32,000 bases of DNA from Bacteroidota bacterium (GTDB lineage Bacteria > Bacteroidota > Bacteroidia > Chitinophagales > Chitinophagaceae). Each line of letters starts with the position of its first letter. Within the stretch, counting starts at the first letter, position 1. Location of the stretch: contig JAFAFR010000099.1 of NCBI GenBank assembly GCA_023423405.1, forward strand, positions 16,293 to 48,292, given 5' to 3'. Shown here piece after piece: positions 31,147-32,000 of this stretch. Both the position numbers and the translations under genes were made by a program. The notes under the pieces were generated by a model. The model was not told the origin of the DNA and did no database searches. It was given only the letters and a program-made list of their open reading frames with translations.

Positions 31147-31542
31147 TTAAGCGCCGGCTTCTGGCGTAGCAGGCGTATCGATGATGGGCAGTTCAGGAGC
31201 TACCGGTGCGGGAGCTGCTTTTTTTACTGCCCTTCTAACTGCCTTTTTTACTACTGCTTTTTTAACGGCTTTTTTTACCACTGCTTTTTTGATTGCCTTT
31301 TTTACAACGGCTCTTTTAACGGCTTTCTTCGCCGCTTTTTTTACCACCGCTTTTTTAACAGCCTTCTTCACTGCTTTTTTAGCAACGGCCTTTTTTACCA
31401 CTTTTTTAGCGGCGGCTTTTTTTACTACTTTTTTAACAGCTGCTTTTTTAGCGGCTTTTTTGGAAGCTGCCTTCTTCGGGGCGGCTTTTTTTACTGCCTT
31501 TTTGGCCGGAGCTTTTTTAGCGGCCTTCTTTTTTGTGGGCAT
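31147..31542 (-). CDS. Lys/Ala-rich histone H1-like (Hc1/AlgP-like) nucleoid-associated protein
   Basis: 131 aa made almost entirely of degenerate KKAxKKAV repeats, with a short non-repeat C-terminus (PELPIIDTPATPEAGA). It has its own terminator and an AT-rich upstream region, including the palindromic TAAATTTA at 31595-31602. Confidence 0.7.
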   Translation of the reverse strand: MPTKKKAAKKAPAKKAVKKAAPKKAASKKAAKKAAVKKVVKKAAAKKVVKKAVAKKAVKKAVKKAVVKKAAKKAVKRAVVKKAIKKAVVKKAVKKAVVKKAVRRAVKKAAPAPVAPELPIIDTPATPEAGA

Positions 31543-31921
31543 ATTAATTTGTGATTTAATGAGTGAGAAATAATGGGTTGCATTGAATGATTTCTAAATT
31601 TACACTGCTTGTTAATAAATACCAATATGTCAGGGTTTTTTTTATAGCATATTTTTAAAAAGTGGATATCCTGTTTATTTCCCGTCCGGAGCCGCCTCGG
31701 GTCCTTCCTGGCAGCCCGGGCGGACGATGGTTCCGGCGCTGCTGGTTGCCCCTTTTTTAGCCGGCGGGTATCCCCGGTTTTAGCCAAAAGGCGACCTGGA
31801 GAAGCCGGGGCTTCCGCTTGCCGGGGTGCGCTCCCTTTTGCCCGGTTCCCTGGGGGCTTCAGGGGGTAAAGGCCGGTCGCCACGACCCGCCCCGGCTTTG
31901 CCATTTGTTTTATTTTTTTCT

Positions 31922-31929
31922 TTACCTTT
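31922..31929 (+). promoter_or_regulatory. Candidate Bacteroidota -7 promoter box (TAnnTTTG) for a gene starting at the window edge
   Basis: TACCTTTG matches TAnnTTTG exactly. An ATG at 31973 opens MADLKFQRN.. and runs off the window. That is too short to call a CDS. Confidence 0.35.
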
Positions 31930-32000
31930 GCGCTCCAAAATGGCTTTGGCCTAACTTTTTTAACATACTACAATGGCAGACTTAAAATTTCAGAGGAATT

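Noticed and set aside
31147-31542. Short-period DNA repeats considered as a CRISPR array or non-coding tandem repeat.
   Set aside because: The repeats are degenerate, contiguous with no spacers, and lie in a continuous ORF with start, stop and terminator. They are explained by a Lys/Ala-repeat protein.
31181-31573. 130-aa plus-strand ORF (FFTTAFLTAFF... repeats).
   Set aside because: It is the mirror image of the Lys/Ala repeat gene on the minus strand. AAG/GCC repeats read in antisense give Phe/Thr/Ala runs. It has no start context or terminator of its own.
31681-31800. Superficial resemblance of GGTCCTTCCTGGCAGCC and CCAGGAAGGACC to the SRP RNA domain IV core, and of CTCCAGGTCGCC to a cobalamin-riboswitch B12 box.
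   Set aside because: The conserved GGAA tetraloop context of SRP RNA and the B12-box consensus are not actually matched on either strand. No assignment can be made without a covariance-model search.
31491-31904. 137-aa minus-strand ORF crossing the GC-rich island.
   Set aside because: The composition is Pro/Arg/Gly-rich. It continues through the AT-rich leader and overlaps the start of the H1-like gene in another frame. No motifs were found. The region is kept as an unexplained non-coding finding instead.

Overview
The window looks like a GC-rich Bacteroidota chromosome segment, possibly Chitinophagaceae-like. This is inferred from the SusC/SusD pair, TAnnTTTG-type -7 boxes, many lipoproteins and a Lys/Ala-rich H1-like protein. 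I support 26 protein-coding genes, with no rRNA, tRNA, CRISPR, transposase, integrase or recognisable defence genes.

Layout:
- 1-2188: 3' end of a TonB-dependent receptor, then two small overlapping genes (YjbR-like, DUF1801).
- 2302-17417: one tightly packed plus-strand unit. It holds an ECF sigma factor, a FecR anti-sigma factor, an STN-domain SusC, a SusD, a LacZ-type GH2 beta-galactosidase and a GH63/clan GH-G-like glycosidase. These are followed by a 767-aa fusion of a hydroxylysine-kinase-like domain to an AGXT2L-type phospho-lyase domain, then a DUF1338/HglS-like enzyme.
- 17477-19633: SAM methyltransferase, DinB-family protein, YoaK/DUF1275 membrane protein.
- 19634-31033: two divergent operons forming a sugar-oxidation cluster. 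It contains two paralogous GMC flavoprotein plus Tat-signal small-subunit pairs, a lipid-anchored monoheme cytochrome c, DUF1080 (3-keto-disaccharide hydrolase family), ThuA, Gfo/Idh/MocA, two xylose-isomerase-like TIM barrels (one with a Tat signal) and an MFS sugar transporter.
- 31147-31542: Lys/Ala-repeat histone H1-like protein, followed by an unexplained GC-rich non-coding island.

Two candidates for something undescribed:
- The polysaccharide utilization locus (PUL) glycosidases match the two linkages of the collagen glycan Glc-alpha1,2-Gal-beta-O-hydroxylysine, and they sit in the same unit as enzymes that would catabolise the released hydroxylysine. This suggests a dedicated glycosylated-hydroxylysine utilisation locus.
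- A periplasm-to-cytoplasm 3-keto-glycoside oxidative module appears wired to the respiratory chain through cytochrome c.

Both are inferences from motifs and gene order. No database search was possible.
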